A stretch of 64,000 nt of DNA from NCBI GenBank assembly GCA_963713605.1, contig CAVQMO010000005.1, positions 192,001 through 256,000 of the forward strand, written 5' to 3'. Position 1 is the first letter of the stretch, and every line of letters starts with the position of its first letter. The position numbers and the translations under genes were made by a program. Of the stretch, positions 25,231 through 37,587 are shown in pieces. The notes below the pieces were generated by a model that ran no database searches, had not been told where the DNA came from, and saw nothing but the letters and a program-made list of their open reading frames with translations. The stretch is from an uncultured Nitrososphaerales archaeon (GTDB lineage Archaea > Thermoproteota > Nitrososphaeria > Nitrososphaerales > Nitrososphaeraceae).

Positions 25231-25347
25231 TTGTCTTTTCCTTGCAAAGAGTGTGGGATGAAATTCACAGAACAAGAAAGACTAAAAAAACATAGAAAAA
25301 TTGCTCATTCTGGTAGAGGGGAGAGGAAAAAACCTTCATCCCCTTAA
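25231..25347 (+). CDS. C2H2 zinc-finger microprotein (~38 aa); absent from ORF track
   Basis: TTG start, (M)SFPCKECGMKFTEQERLKKHRKIAHSGRGERKKPSSP*, a canonical F-x-C-x2-C-x3-F-x5-L-x2-H-x4-H. Confidence 0.8.
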   Translation: MSFPCKECGMKFTEQERLKKHRKIAHSGRGERKKPSSP

Positions 25348-25545
25348 TAGCTACTCTCATTTATCCCAAGATTAAAATATAGCATGATTAATTCTTATTT
25401 CATTTTTAGTATATGTAGGCAGCAAATACTACCTGCAACCATTCCATTGGCGATTAGCCTGAGTTCCAGTTTAGTCTTTCTTTTGTAATGATGTATTTTC
25501 GGCCAGCGTACAACTTGTTATTGTTCTTGTTCTAGTTGTTGTTTT

Positions 25546-25830
25546 CTAGTTGCCAGCTCTCTTTATAATGTGATAACCGAATTGGGTCCGAACTGGCTCA
25601 TTGGTCAATTCCCCTTTCTTTAGCTTGAATGCCGCTTCTTCAAACGGTTTTACCATCTGTCCCCTCCCAAAAAGTCCTAAATCGCCGCCGCGCTTTCCGC
25701 TCCCCCTATCTATAGATAGTTCCTTTGCTAGGTTGGCGAAGCTTTCTCCTCTTTTTAATCTTTCTAGGACTTGAAGTGCTTCACTATGTTTGTTCACAAG
25801 GATATGCGAACATTTGATTTTGTCGGCCAT
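25546..25830 (-). CDS. parvulin-type peptidyl-prolyl isomerase
   Basis: [47 protein letters not shown]. Confidence 0.95.
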   Translation of the reverse strand: MADKIKCSHILVNKHSEALQVLERLKRGESFANLAKELSIDRGSGKRGGDLGLFGRGQMVKPFEEAAFKLKKGELTNEPVRTQFGYHIIKRAGN

Positions 25831-25901
25831 CTTCAGTTCTGAAGGTAGCACGTTATCAATTCACAGGAAACCACAATGTATACATCTGTTACCAGAGCCA
25901 A

Positions 25902-26084
25902 TTATCCAGCCGTGCGAATTAATCCTCTGAGTTTTTCTTTAAATTCAGGAGTAATATCTTCTTCTTTCATTCCATGATCCTTCATTGCGTGTTCCCCTCC
26001 CTTCCGAAATATTTCTTCTTCTGTTTCGCCAGTAACGATGTAGTCGCAATCAAATCCTGCTTCTCGACATGCTAATGTTTTCAT
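25902..26084 (-). CDS. DUF1059 family small metal-binding protein
   Basis: L.C.EAG.DC.....GETEEE......HA...H. Confidence 0.9.
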   Translation of the reverse strand: MKTLACREAGFDCDYIVTGETEEEIFRKGGEHAMKDHGMKEEDITPEFKEKLRGLIRTAG

Positions 26085-26565
26085 GACTTAATAGCAGCGA
26101 ATCCAGTATAATTAACTTGCTAAGCAAGAAACCCATGTGATTCTATTGTAAATTTTGAGATTTGCAATGTCTTCAATAAATTTTTAGAAATAATCATATT
26201 TAATGAATCGATATGGAAAAAGGATTCAACAAATGAGGGAGTGACAGATTGTATTCGCAAACTCTTGTATAAATTGAAAATAATAAAACACTTCTTTTAG
26301 TGCTAGAGTAGATAAATGAAATTAACTACTAGAGCAGATGCGATAAGTTTGGACGGACCAGCCCTGAACTCATGGTGTCGATCCTAAAGGTAACGACGAC
26401 GAGACACAAAGTATGCAATCATCGCGCATTAATTGCCTAAGGGTGAACTTTATACTAACATATGACCTGTGAATATAAGTGACTAATTGCGAGTATACTT
26501 GTAAGTGCTAAAACGATCGTCTTGTCAAGAGTCAACCTTATATAAATATCCGTTATCAGAAGGAC

Positions 26566-27007
26566 ATGATGAAAGTATCGAAAATACTTGTTGGCATAGA
26601 TGGTTCAAACCATTCATTCAGGGCAGCTGAATATGGAATGGATATTTCGAAAAAATATAACGCCAAGTTGATTGCGATTACAGTCATGTCCATGCCAGCA
26701 AAATCCCGTCTTTCTCAACAAGAAGCAATTGAAGTAGGTGCCGGACTTTCTGAAATGAACAAAGCAAAGACATGGTTCGAATCATTTACTCAAAGAGCAA
26801 TACAGAATAAAATTGAACTAAAAGCTGAGCTTGTCAATAGTCAAAGGCCTGTTGATTATGTAATACTAGAATATGCAGAAAAGGAAGGTATCGATCTAAT
26901 CGTCATTGGGACAAGAGGGCGGACTGGACTCAGTAAATTATTGCTCGGGAGTGTAGCATCGGGTATCGTCAACTACTCACATAACCCAGTACCTAGTGGT
27001 AAAGTAG
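26566..27007 (+). CDS. universal stress protein (UspA family)
   Basis: ILVGIDGS..S, DLIVIGTRGRTGL..LLLGSVA; true end HNPVLVVK* at 27007 after removing an extra C at GTACC 26989-26993. Confidence 0.92.
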
Positions 27008-27394
27008 TAGTCATTAGAGATGGTCTTTCGATAGAAGACCTTTTCCAACCGGCGACGCCAACTGACTTCATATTCTTATTACGATATCATCAGATATTTT
27101 TATCGGCTGACCAATTTTAGATAACATTTGTGAGTCTCGATCTAAATGAGTTTCGTAACAAAATGTGAGCTGAATGTCACTTAGGAGAGATGACTGTTTG
27201 GGATCCTTAAATAACACTAAATTGACTAACCATTCAATCAGGCAACCAATAGAACCACGTCCACTTAGTCTAGAATGGATGAGTAGGCAAATGACTTTAA
27301 GAGCATATGTCAACAAAGCCAATAATTAGTCAATAGTACTACAAGCATATGTATCGCAACCTCTTTATTTTGCTATTGATTTCAATGACTTAGT

Positions 27395-28171
27395 GTGACT
27401 TCGAAGGATCCACATGTTGTATCTTTTTCATTAGCAATGTTACTCAGTACCATTCTCATTTTCTCTATCAATTCTGTCAAACTGTCTTTTAGTTACGATG
27501 AATATTACGGTGGAAGTCAATTCCGCTACATTGGTACTAACGAGAACAATGATAGTCCCCACGATTTAGATCTATTAGAAATATGTTGCTCTTGGTCAAA
27601 CGCAATAGCTGACGGGATCTTGACTTATGCTTTGATAGAAACGGTGGAGGTAGATGAATCAACAAAACATGCAGTTGAAGACGCGGTTAAAGAGTGGGAT
27701 TCTAATATTGAAGGATTGGAACTGAGAGAAGTAGAACAATCCTCCCCTGCTCCTGATCTCCAAATAACATTTGACAACCTACGAAGTATTGAAAAAGGAA
27801 ACCGAGAATACAATTTCAAAAATGATATAGACGATCAACTGACGGTAATACCAACTGCGGGTTGGACCCAATTTAGATTCACAAACCAAGGACTAATAGA
27901 CAGTGTCAAAATAACCATTTCTGACGATGTATTGAACTTCGGTTTTAATAATGGCATTATAGAGCAGATAGCAAAACATGAGATGGGACATGCTCTTGGT
28001 CTTGGACATTCCTACGACGAGGAACGACTGATGGCAGATATTGTTATTGAAGAAAGAACAGAGAACATATCAGAATGTGAGATAAATGGAGTACTCCAGG
28101 CAAATCAATGGAAATTATTGAATGCAAAATCTATCCCTGGACCTCCTATGAGAGGATATATCATATGTTGA
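27395..28171 (+). CDS. secreted matrixin-like (metzincin) zinc metalloprotease
   Basis: Signal peptide; HEMGHALGLGH followed by Met-turn LM. Confidence 0.88.
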   Translation: MTSKDPHVVSFSLAMLLSTILIFSINSVKLSFSYDEYYGGSQFRYIGTNENNDSPHDLDLLEICCSWSNAIADGILTYALIETVEVDESTKHAVEDAVKEWDSNIEGLELREVEQSSPAPDLQITFDNLRSIEKGNREYNFKNDIDDQLTVIPTAGWTQFRFTNQGLIDSVKITISDDVLNFGFNNGIIEQIAKHEMGHALGLGHSYDEERLMADIVIEERTENISECEINGVLQANQWKLLNAKSIPGPPMRGYIIC

Positions 28172-28920
28172 GAGTCCATCTAACACTAAGTAGAAATCAA
28201 TAAATGGAATGACAATATGATTTAGACCAAGATATTTTATCTGAAGTCTTGAATACTCTTCCAGAATTGGACTTTGTTGTTTTTCGTCATTGTCTAAGTA
28301 TGATACATTTTCACAACATTGCGGCTTGTGAGATATTACTTGGTTTCGTCACCAATATCGTCCAATTTCTCCATCTGTGTGCTTTTTGTCATCATAGGCT
28401 TATCATGGATATGTCGAATATATGCGACAAATAAGGAAGCATGTATTAGGTGACCCAACAGAATCTCAGGCTGATCGCTCCAATATATAGGATCGTTGGT
28501 AACAAGAATATTAAAAGATAATGTTGATTCAATGGAACGAACAAATGGAAGTGTCTAGAATTCTTCATGATCGCCATTGAGGACAATCAAACGAAATGCC
28601 CCAGGAAAGTATTGAGCATGTCAGTGACAAAAGTAATGCCTCCTAACTTGTAAAATGTATTTCATTGAGTCATTCACACTAGAGATTGTAAGGCATGCAA
28701 TCTCGTTCATGATTATAGCCATAATTGTAGAAAGAATATGGTACTTAGCAATGCGTTAAGGGATCTCCCCTTTTCATTAATGTCTCGGCTCAGGTCAGGT
28801 TGAGCTCGCACCGAAAGAATTGATAGTAAACTACAGCTCATCTTCATCAAGAGCTTGATGGAGACATTTACCCTGGCAGTTATAGTAATTATTTTATTCT
28901 ATGAACACTAATTTAATTAT

Positions 28921-29340
28921 ATGACGAAACAGGATTCTCATACAGATTCACAGCTGAAAAAAATTTACGAGTTGAAAAATATAGCAGTAGTGGGTATGTC
29001 AACAAACGAAGAAAAAGCGGGGCATTTTGTACCAAAATATCTCATCCAGCATGGATATAATGTGATTCCGGTGAACCCAACCGTTCCCGAAGTATTAGGA
29101 CGAAAATCATATTCTACGATATCTGATATTCCAAACAGAGTGGACATTGTAGACATTTTCAGAAAATCAGAAGATGTGCCATCAGTAGTCGATGATGCAA
29201 TCCGCAAAAAGGATCAAATCAGAGTAATTTGGATGCAGGAAGGAATCTATAATGATGAAGCAGAGAAGAAAGCAAAGGAAAACGACCTAGACGTCGTTTT
29301 CAATAGGTGTATGATGGCAGAACATAGAAGACTTTTTTAG
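28921..29340 (+). CDS. CoA-binding protein (YccU-like)
   Basis: IAVVG.S....K....V..YL...GY.VIPVNP, VDIVDIFR, WMQEG, NRCM. Confidence 0.92.
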   Translation: MTKQDSHTDSQLKKIYELKNIAVVGMSTNEEKAGHFVPKYLIQHGYNVIPVNPTVPEVLGRKSYSTISDIPNRVDIVDIFRKSEDVPSVVDDAIRKKDQIRVIWMQEGIYNDEAEKKAKENDLDVVFNRCMMAEHRRLF

Positions 29341-29764
29341 AACACGACACTCCACGTGATTTGGATTAATATCTTGTCCGATTGGGACGGAGGTAGATGT
29401 TATTTAGATTGAATGCAAGTATAATCGATTTGGCGATAATTAGCTCAGTTTGATTGGACGAAGTAAATCTAATGTCAGCACTTAAAATACTGCCATTTAT
29501 GCTTTGTAGCATTTCAACAGAGCCATCTCAAACCATTTCTAGTAGCAGTCTATTTCCACAAATCCAATATCCCTTAACCATTCCAACTGATCTCCATCGA
29601 TTCTTTCTCCGCTAATTCTATCAAGTTGATTAGGCTTGAGAATGTCTATAGGCATATAATATAATTACTGAATTACATTAACTAGTGTGAGGGTGTGCAC
29701 AAGGAACAAATGCGAATTAATAGAAGTTTATCTGTCGATTATTAGTATCATGCACCTATTCGCT

Positions 29765-31304
29765 TCACTTGAAATTCGTAACTAGATATTTTTCAAGTTT
29801 GTTTATTTCATTCTTCCCTAACAAAATAGCATCATGAAAGATAGTCTTTCTCCCTTTAAACACATAAATCTTGAGGGTGGAGGAATCTCTTACTAGTTCT
29901 GCAACCAAGTCGGGTCCCTTCGCTAACATCCCCCGCTCACCAAGAGCATATAAGGCGAAATTATTCTCTTTACTTTTTTCTAGCCTAGGATTCTCAAAAA
30001 CGAGATTGAATCTGTTTATACTATCTTCAATAATCAGTCTTAATTTGCCGACTTTTTCATCGTTTTCCAATTTCAATACATACCTTTCCAGACTTTCTAT
30101 CTCGATATTACTTCCTATCGGTGATCCCACCTCATCACTAGAGGTGGCCTGAGACTCTGATTCCTCCTTTTTAGTCCATATCATCCCTTCATTTGCAACA
30201 GTTATCTTAAACCTGCCTTGCGCCCCGGTTATCTTGAGATGTGAGTCAATTGTACTTTGAAGTTCTACAGAGGACATCGGTTTTATCGGTCCCCTGAACC
30301 ACTGGTTCGAACCTTCGTCAAAATCCTCAAGTCCACTGTAATGAACTATATAACATTCTTTTGCGTTCCACCTTCTTACGAGTTCGTATGCTTCAGTTAC
30401 CGAGATCATCCCTGTTTCAGGATGCTGATTATACGTTTCAGCCCCAAGAACTAGCAGATCCGGATTCCATAGTATATTTTCGTTAACCTCTGGGAGGGAC
30501 AAAAAATCCCATCCCATTATTATCTTCATATTCAGAATATTCACTACGTAGATTACAGCGCCATCCGGAGATTCATTCCCGTGATACGCTTGAAAAGCGA
30601 CTATTGAAAATGGTCCAATATTGAAAAATTCGTTGGGGGTTACAATTTGGAAGTCCATGAACTTTTCAACAGTGTTCTTCGTCAAAGAAGTGCGGGATAA
30701 CAAATCCTTCATTATGTATTCCTCGCACGCTAGCTGTACAATAAATTCTCATTTTGTTCTTTCCTCTATGATCTGCAGTTAAGGATTGTCGTTGAATAAG
30801 GTTGGAAAGGTCCTTTATATGATCTTCGTGTGGATGAGAAATTAGTAAAGCGTCAAAAAGAAGAGATTCCTTTTCCTGCAGAGTTGAATTCTCAGTCTCA
30901 GAGTTGTGTGAAGAGAGTAGCAATGGCGAACCTATTGCAGGGCCGGAATGCAAGCTCGGCTGACCGCGATTTCTCCTTGATCGATATTTTTCTAATCTAA
31001 GATCTGAAAGTCCTTTTTCGACACTACTGATTACTCCTTCGCCGATATCGAAGAGGATATGAAAGTCTGAATCTGGAGTATTCTGTCTGGTATCTCGCAT
31101 AATTATTGAACACGACGTATTGGTTTCCATCCTAGATTGTATTATCTCTGCATATCTTTCAGATTTTTCTTGATTACCCAAACGCCTCTTATCAGGTAAC
31201 ACTCCATTAATTCTGACGATTACCTCCTTTTGTTCAGATTGGTTATCGCTTAAGGGTTGAGAAACATTTTTAGTATTTTTGTCATACGACGGGATCATAT
31301 TCAA
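29765..31304 (-). CDS. metallo-beta-lactamase-fold hydrolase, indel at ~30731
   Basis: HILFDIG, LISHPHEDH, AYHG, MGWDF, IVHYSG; frames join as YCTAACEEYIMKD next to AGCT/GTAC 30732-30739. Confidence 0.75.
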
Positions 31305-31706
31305 TAATTACAACCAATGATTTATAACCATTACAGGTTGTCAGCAGACATAAGTTAGACATCTACATCGATTAACCCGGATTAATTTCAAAAACGTTTC
31401 TCACTAACCCCTCATCAGGAATTGCCTGACAATAGTCAAATGTGGCGGTCTAAGTGCCTTTACTAATCATAGGGATCGTCGCTTGAGTTAAAGCTTGCCT
31501 TCCGAAAGGATAGCACGCAGAGGAGATTTATTATCGATTTATGATTTGTCCGGGTTCTTTGATGGCCACAGTATCGCCCAACAACGCACTGGTCTTGTTA
31601 GTCCTAATCCTCTTTAGTAATATCAGCGATCTCAAAACATATTCGATCCTTCCAAGAAATAGACTCACAATAATGCATAATTACAGGTGATTTCGCACTT
31701 CGTGGG

Positions 31707-31943
31707 TTATTTCCGCCAGCGTAATTCTTTATCAAATGCCAGAATCGCAAGAATCAACGCTGTAATCGCGAAGATCCCTGCAATGCTGTAAAATTGCCAT
31801 GGTACTGTGGGCGCAGAAGCGGGTAGAGCGTAGGAGAACATAAATGCAACAAAAAAGAGGAAGGCAACCACGATACCAACAACAAGTCTCCAAACTGACT
31901 GTTCGAGTCTTTTAGGGAACCTAATTTTGGATGAAATATTCAT
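31707..31943 (-). CDS. small two-TM membrane protein
   Basis: Two hydrophobic segments in 78 aa, ATG start. Confidence 0.65.
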   Translation of the reverse strand: MNISSKIRFPKRLEQSVWRLVVGIVVAFLFFVAFMFSYALPASAPTVPWQFYSIAGIFAITALILAILAFDKELRWRK

Positions 31944-32695
31944 TCATTTCCCTCAAGCTTATTCACGGGAAATAGCTAAAATTTAATGTTGAAGTCATGA
32001 AACCCATTCCTCTTTTCTTTTAACAATGACTGGCATTCTATGCTAATATGTGGTTCGCTATCTTAACATTAATGACTGTCGCAATTTAGTCATCATGATA
32101 GTGGTACATTTAACTACGATATACAGATCATTTGTGTTATTCCATGGGACATATCAATTTCTTGTATTGGACCTATTGATACAAAATATTCCGATTCCAT
32201 ACTATATAAAGTCAATTTGGGTCTAGCGTCGACTTTACACCGACAAGGAGGCACAATTTAACAAATATTCGTGTTTAAGGATACCTCAGCGGCATACAAT
32301 ATTCGACCCACAGCGGTACTACTCATGAATATGGGCAAAACATGCCGTAGGACAAGTCAGTGTAGAAGAGATAAGTATCGAGGGTAGTGAAAATAAATGG
32401 ATTCTGATTAATTTATGATACTGACCAAAAAGGATAGTCATTGGCTAACGGTATCCTGGTGCTAATACGATCAGGATGCAATTAAAGGAATCGTTGTACA
32501 TATAGTTTGCGAAGGATAGGAGGCTAAATCGCCTCGTGAATGGCGCTAAGAATGGTTACAATATCATCATGTAAGCCAAAGTCAGTGATATTATTAACGA
32601 AAGACATGACATGCAGTAGTAAATAATGCGTTTGACATGCCTCAATGGGCTACACATGTTGAAAGTTTTTATAAGTCCGATCTAACTTGGTAATA

Positions 32696-33833
32696 TTGGT
32701 AAACTTATTACCATTTTTCGTTGTTGTTGCAAGTATTGTGACTTCATTTATGTCGTTTTCGACAAGTCAATTTCAAAATTCTCTTCTATCCAGCGAACCC
32801 TTGTCGGTAAACCAAGTCAAGCACAACCCAATGGAGACGGTTCCTCCGAGCCAGATGACCTAGAAGGCACTGACGATCAACAGGTTGACAATGAGAATGG
32901 TCCTGGAACGACTGACGATTCAGAAACCTCCCAGTCAGATAGTTTAGTGGCTCCCCCTGTCGAAGGGTGTCAAGCAGATTTTGCGTTGGACCCGACCACG
33001 GGAGAGTGCGATTCGATTCTAGGACCTTGTCCTGAAGGTGAGACCAGAGGAGAGTCGGGTTTTTGTGCAGTAATGCCTGAAAACTGTCCTCCTGGTATGT
33101 ATATCAATGAGGATCCGCTATGCGAGCCCTGTCCAACAGAAGGTGATATTCCCAGTGAGTGCATTGCTCCACAACCAGAGCCAGAGCCACAACCAGAGCC
33201 AGAGCCACAACCAGAACCAGAGCCAGACCAGAGCCGAGCCACAACCAGAGCCAGAGCCACAACCAGAGCCAGAGCCCCTGCCTAATGTAAATAATACTAC
33301 GAGCCCTGGTAATACGACTATCATTACTATTAACAACGCTATAGCACAAGCATTTTCTAGTACAACATACAACACCAATGTTCTACAACAGTTAGCTGAG
33401 AACACCTTACTCGTTGGCGAGGAAACAGTCCCCCTTCAAGGTATGATTAAGGCGAATGATTCAAGACTACTTTCTACATTTGATCCGTTTCGACTTATAG
33501 GTGGTAGCGCAATAGTTTACCTCCCTACTACCAATACTTCTTCCTCTTCCCCGCTCGTCAGTTCTGCATTTGTCGCGACTCCTAACAATCTTAAGCTAAT
33601 AGCACTTGATGGTGATACTCAGCAATATGTTACTCTTCCATCAGTGAAGATGTCCGTTTTGGAAAACTCCTATAAGACCGTTCTAGGAGCAGGCGTTTCA
33701 AGGTACAAATCCATTTACAGGAAAGCAAGGCATCGTAGACAATATCAAGGCGTTATATTTACATAATGAATCCAATCAAACCATCACTCTTGGATATGGT
33801 AGCAGTGTTGCTCTTCTGACGATAGTAAGGTAA
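32696..33833 (+). CDS. secreted Cys-rich / (PEPEPQ)n surface protein, several indels
   Basis: Signal peptide ...NQAQAQ (restored by AGT to AGCT at 32815), acidic linker, eight-Cys repeat region, Pro-Glu stalk, beta-rich C-domain ending GSSVALLTIVR*. Confidence 0.7.
33168..33277 (+). repeat. 18-bp coding tandem repeat CCACAACCAGAGCCAGAG
   Basis: About 6 units encoding PQPEPE, with indels in the middle. Confidence 0.9.
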
Positions 33834-35274
33834 ATAGTTGACAAAAAATCAAATTCCGTTCTCATCCAACAAAACAACCACACGCTTGCCATGCATAACA
33901 TTAATTATAGGGACCGCCGATCATTTTAAAACTTCAGCAAGTAAGTAATCTCTGCTAGTGATCATATCGATCCTTTTCTTTACCAAATGATCTGAATAGC
34001 ATCCCACTAAAGACCAAAATTGCTGTTAATGCAGAGCCTACGATAGACTCTTTCGAGAGGAATGGAAGTTAGTATAGAAATCATCAAAAAAGTTATTGCG
34101 CCGACTGCAACACTCAGCGGTAGCCATGTCTTGATTGCAGATGAAGACCTAATCACTCTGTTTCCTGTGTTATTCAGTTCTCTATCCAATTTATTGATTA
34201 CATCTGATGTGACCTGTTGAAAATCCAATCGGATATTTTTAAGATAAAATATGATCACTGTGTCATTTCCTTTTGGATTCCAAATCGATCATAGCGTGAA
34301 AAAGGTAGATATTAAGAGAGGAACGCTTGTTGGTGGTTTTCCAAGTGGAGGATTAAGAAATTCAGTTGCATCATCATTGCTTCGGGAATGGATTCACCCG
34401 GCTTTCCACAATATCCATGGTCTACGACGGGGTTCGCAAATTATCCTACCAGGATTTACGCAAACGAGAAACTCAAAAAAATGCCTTTCTCATATATGAA
34501 CTGAACCTAGGTCACACAATTTATTATTATGTTTCAAAAGCTATACTATGATGCGCTAGAAAATTAATGTAAGCTTGTATTAAGCGCAGGGAAAGTAATT
34601 GATCGATGATGAAGAATCAAACAGATCACAAACGAAACACGAATTCCATGGTGTATACAAGACAAATTTGCTGTCATTGTTTTGTTAAGTAAAAACTGTG
34701 CAAGATGCTTCGGAATATGGTCCTACTGCATCAATTTCGGAGAGACGAGGCTACTGCCAGGTCATCCCTGTGACAGCGAATCCATTGTTACCAAGGGAAA
34801 AACATGTGAACAAAATTTAAGAAGGGTTAGGTCTGAACGGTAAATAAACTTCTGCCATAAATCTATGTTGATAGAAGTGCTTCGGTGTGTTGGCAATGTA
34901 GAGGTAGAAAAGTAGCATGGGATATGTATCACCTCATCGTTTTATTAAGGGCGAGGGGTTATTGAGGAATTCAGAAACACATAATTTAAATTGCTTAGGG
35001 TTGTTCGAAAATTCTTCAAACCGTCTGTGATTTCGTGAAAGATAATGAACTCTTCGCTCCCCCTGCCCCGCGACGTGAACAATTACAATTCTTTCCTTTA
35101 TTCTATCAAATTTTCATCGAAGGTGATCGCTAGAGAGCGGTTAGTTTCTCTCTAATCGACAATTTCCACATTATTCCATATCTTTTACTTGTTGAATAAA
35201 TGAATTGCATAGATCCAACTGGAACAAAATACCGCAATCATTATAAGATGTAGCAATACGAAGAAATTGTTAAC

Positions 35275-36948
35275 TTGATCCATAAAAGCGTTAATGGAAG
35301 AGGAAGTAAGATATCTTTGGCGACAGTACTTGCATTTTGTGTAGTAATTACAATTTCATTTTTGGGTTTGCAAGATTTCAAATTCTTTACCACATCATAC
35401 TCATTATCTTCGCAGTCTGCGTTTGCTCAGTCAACGGAAGGACCTGTACTTCGATATTCTGATGATGTTGGTAGCCCTGTATTTAACCTGCCCGGCTTTA
35501 CTTCCGAGGTAGTAACCGAAGGACTAACCTTACCTACCACCATGGCTTTCCTATCTCAGAATGACATTCTGGTCTTAGAAAAAGATAAGGGAACTGTCAT
35601 GAGGGTTATCGACGGGGTGGTACAACCTGAACCTTTGTTGGATGTGAACGTGGCAACTGAAGTCGAGAGATGTATGTGTGGAATTGCTGTTTCTCAAAAC
35701 AATGAGACAGGAAGGACGAACGTTTTCTTGTACTATACCGAAGCTCAAGGTGAGGATGGGGGTGCTCCAATAGGAAATAGGCTATATAGATACGAACTCG
35801 AAAACGGGCAGTCAAGGGGTACGACTGGAGCCGCCGATGCTTCAAATTCTGCAGCGAGTTCTCCTTTATCGGCTAAACTGATTAATCCCAAATTACTTCT
35901 GGATCTGCCTGCAGTTCCTGGTCCTCGTCACAACGGAGGCGCAATCACAATTGGACCTGATAATAACTTGTATATCCCGATTGGTGACACGGACAAGATA
36001 ACCGGAGGAACGACACAAACACAGAACAATGATGAGCTCCCTGCTGATGGATCTGGAGGAATACTGCGAGTAACTCAAGACGGCGAACCGGTTATAAATC
36101 CAAGTACTGGAAGCTATATCCTAGGAGATGATTATCCTCTTAACTTGTACTATGCCTATGGCATACGCAATAGTTTTGGAATTGATTTTGATCCTGTTAC
36201 AGGAAATCTTTGGGATTCGGAGAATGGTCCCGGATACGGTGATGAGCTAAACCTCATAGAGCCTGGCTTTAATAGCGGTTGGAACCAAATAATGGGAGTT
36301 TGGGGGCGCGATGGAGGAGATCCAAGAGAAGGCGATAGTACTATTGCCTCTGATCAGCCTGAAGGACTTGTTGATTTTGATGGTAAAGGACAATACCAAC
36401 CCCCAAAACTGGCTTTCCTTTATACTATCGGTCCGACCGCAGTGAAATTCCTAGATTCAGCTAAGTATGGTGCTGGGTATCAGAACGATCTATTTCTGGG
36501 TGACATTCATGCTGGCAAAATATATCATTTCAAACTTAATCAGGACAGGACAGAACTCCTACTTCCTGAACCACTCATTGACAGGGTAGCAGATACCGAT
36601 AGCGAATCCGCTTCAGAAGCAATAGTTTTTGCGAGCGGCTTTGCAGGCATATCAGATATTGAAGTAAGTCCATATGACGGATATATGTATGTGGTATCGT
36701 TGGGACAGGGCAAGATCTTCAAGATATTACCTACTGCAGATTTAGATATGTCTTCATCCGCGGGTTCTATTCCGTCAATTCCCCTTGCCTCTCCGACCAC
36801 AACTTTGCCTCCTGAAGGAGATGAGACAGTTGGAGCTGGCAATGAAGATAATATTGAACAAGAGCCAGAAGAAGAATCTAATGGTGACGGAGAAGGCAAT
36901 AACGATGACAATAGCGAAAACGGTAGTGGTGGAGGCGACGATAATTAG
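35275..36948 (+). CDS. secreted PQQ-dependent sugar dehydrogenase (GSDH family)
   Basis: GL..PT.MAF, HNGG.I.IGPD..LY...GD, YAYGIRNSFG.DFDP.TG.LW..ENG....DELN...PG.NSGW; acidic tail. Confidence 0.92.
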   Translation: MIHKSVNGRGSKISLATVLAFCVVITISFLGLQDFKFFTTSYSLSSQSAFAQSTEGPVLRYSDDVGSPVFNLPGFTSEVVTEGLTLPTTMAFLSQNDILVLEKDKGTVMRVIDGVVQPEPLLDVNVATEVERCMCGIAVSQNNETGRTNVFLYYTEAQGEDGGAPIGNRLYRYELENGQSRGTTGAADASNSAASSPLSAKLINPKLLLDLPAVPGPRHNGGAITIGPDNNLYIPIGDTDKITGGTTQTQNNDELPADGSGGILRVTQDGEPVINPSTGSYILGDDYPLNLYYAYGIRNSFGIDFDPVTGNLWDSENGPGYGDELNLIEPGFNSGWNQIMGVWGRDGGDPREGDSTIASDQPEGLVDFDGKGQYQPPKLAFLYTIGPTAVKFLDSAKYGAGYQNDLFLGDIHAGKIYHFKLNQDRTELLLPEPLIDRVADTDSESASEAIVFASGFAGISDIEVSPYDGYMYVVSLGQGKIFKILPTADLDMSSSAGSIPSIPLASPTTTLPPEGDETVGAGNEDNIEQEPEEESNGDGEGNNDDNSENGSGGGDDN

Positions 36949-37587
36949 TGTGAAGGCGAAGACTGATGGGAGATCGTTTTTAAAACACCATGTATAAGGT
37001 TATATTCTTAAAGATTAGAATGTGCCTGGCGAAAACTGGTCCATGGATTAGGACAGGGTCCTGATACAAACAAATTCTATTTTTTGTCAGTTACGGAAAC
37101 TTTGACATCAAGGGATATTATAGAATTCATCTGCGTTCTCAATCCTCCCAAATATGAATCGGCTTATCTCTGTTTAGACTCAGTAATGATGCTCCTTCAT
37201 TTGAAGGAAAATCGTGTGAAGAACAATTTTGAGAAATCCTTTGCAATATGTGGTCAATATATGATCCTCCATGCCATCTTCTAGAGGAGCCAAATTCTGG
37301 ATCAATCTGGTCCTATCCCCATAGTGCCAATGAGTCCAGAACATAATAGCAGTGAATAAGAACGAATTCCTGTTCTCTCAATCTTGGCACTCGTGATTGA
37401 AACGACTCGGACACGAGAAGTATCTTGTGATCAGATTGATATTAGCTTCCTTCAAAAAAAGCCTACGAAAATGCCACTAAGACTTCTGAGAACCTCGCAA
37501 TTTGTGACCTTAGTTAAGAAGTCAATTACATTCAACTGTCGTCGATCGCGGCAGAAGGTTTTTATTTATCACGTTCTTGCTATTGAC

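Noticed and set aside
32970..33405. Minus-strand ORFs with WLWLWL or GSGSGC repeats
   Set aside because: Shadow translations of the plus-strand PEPEPQ repeat.
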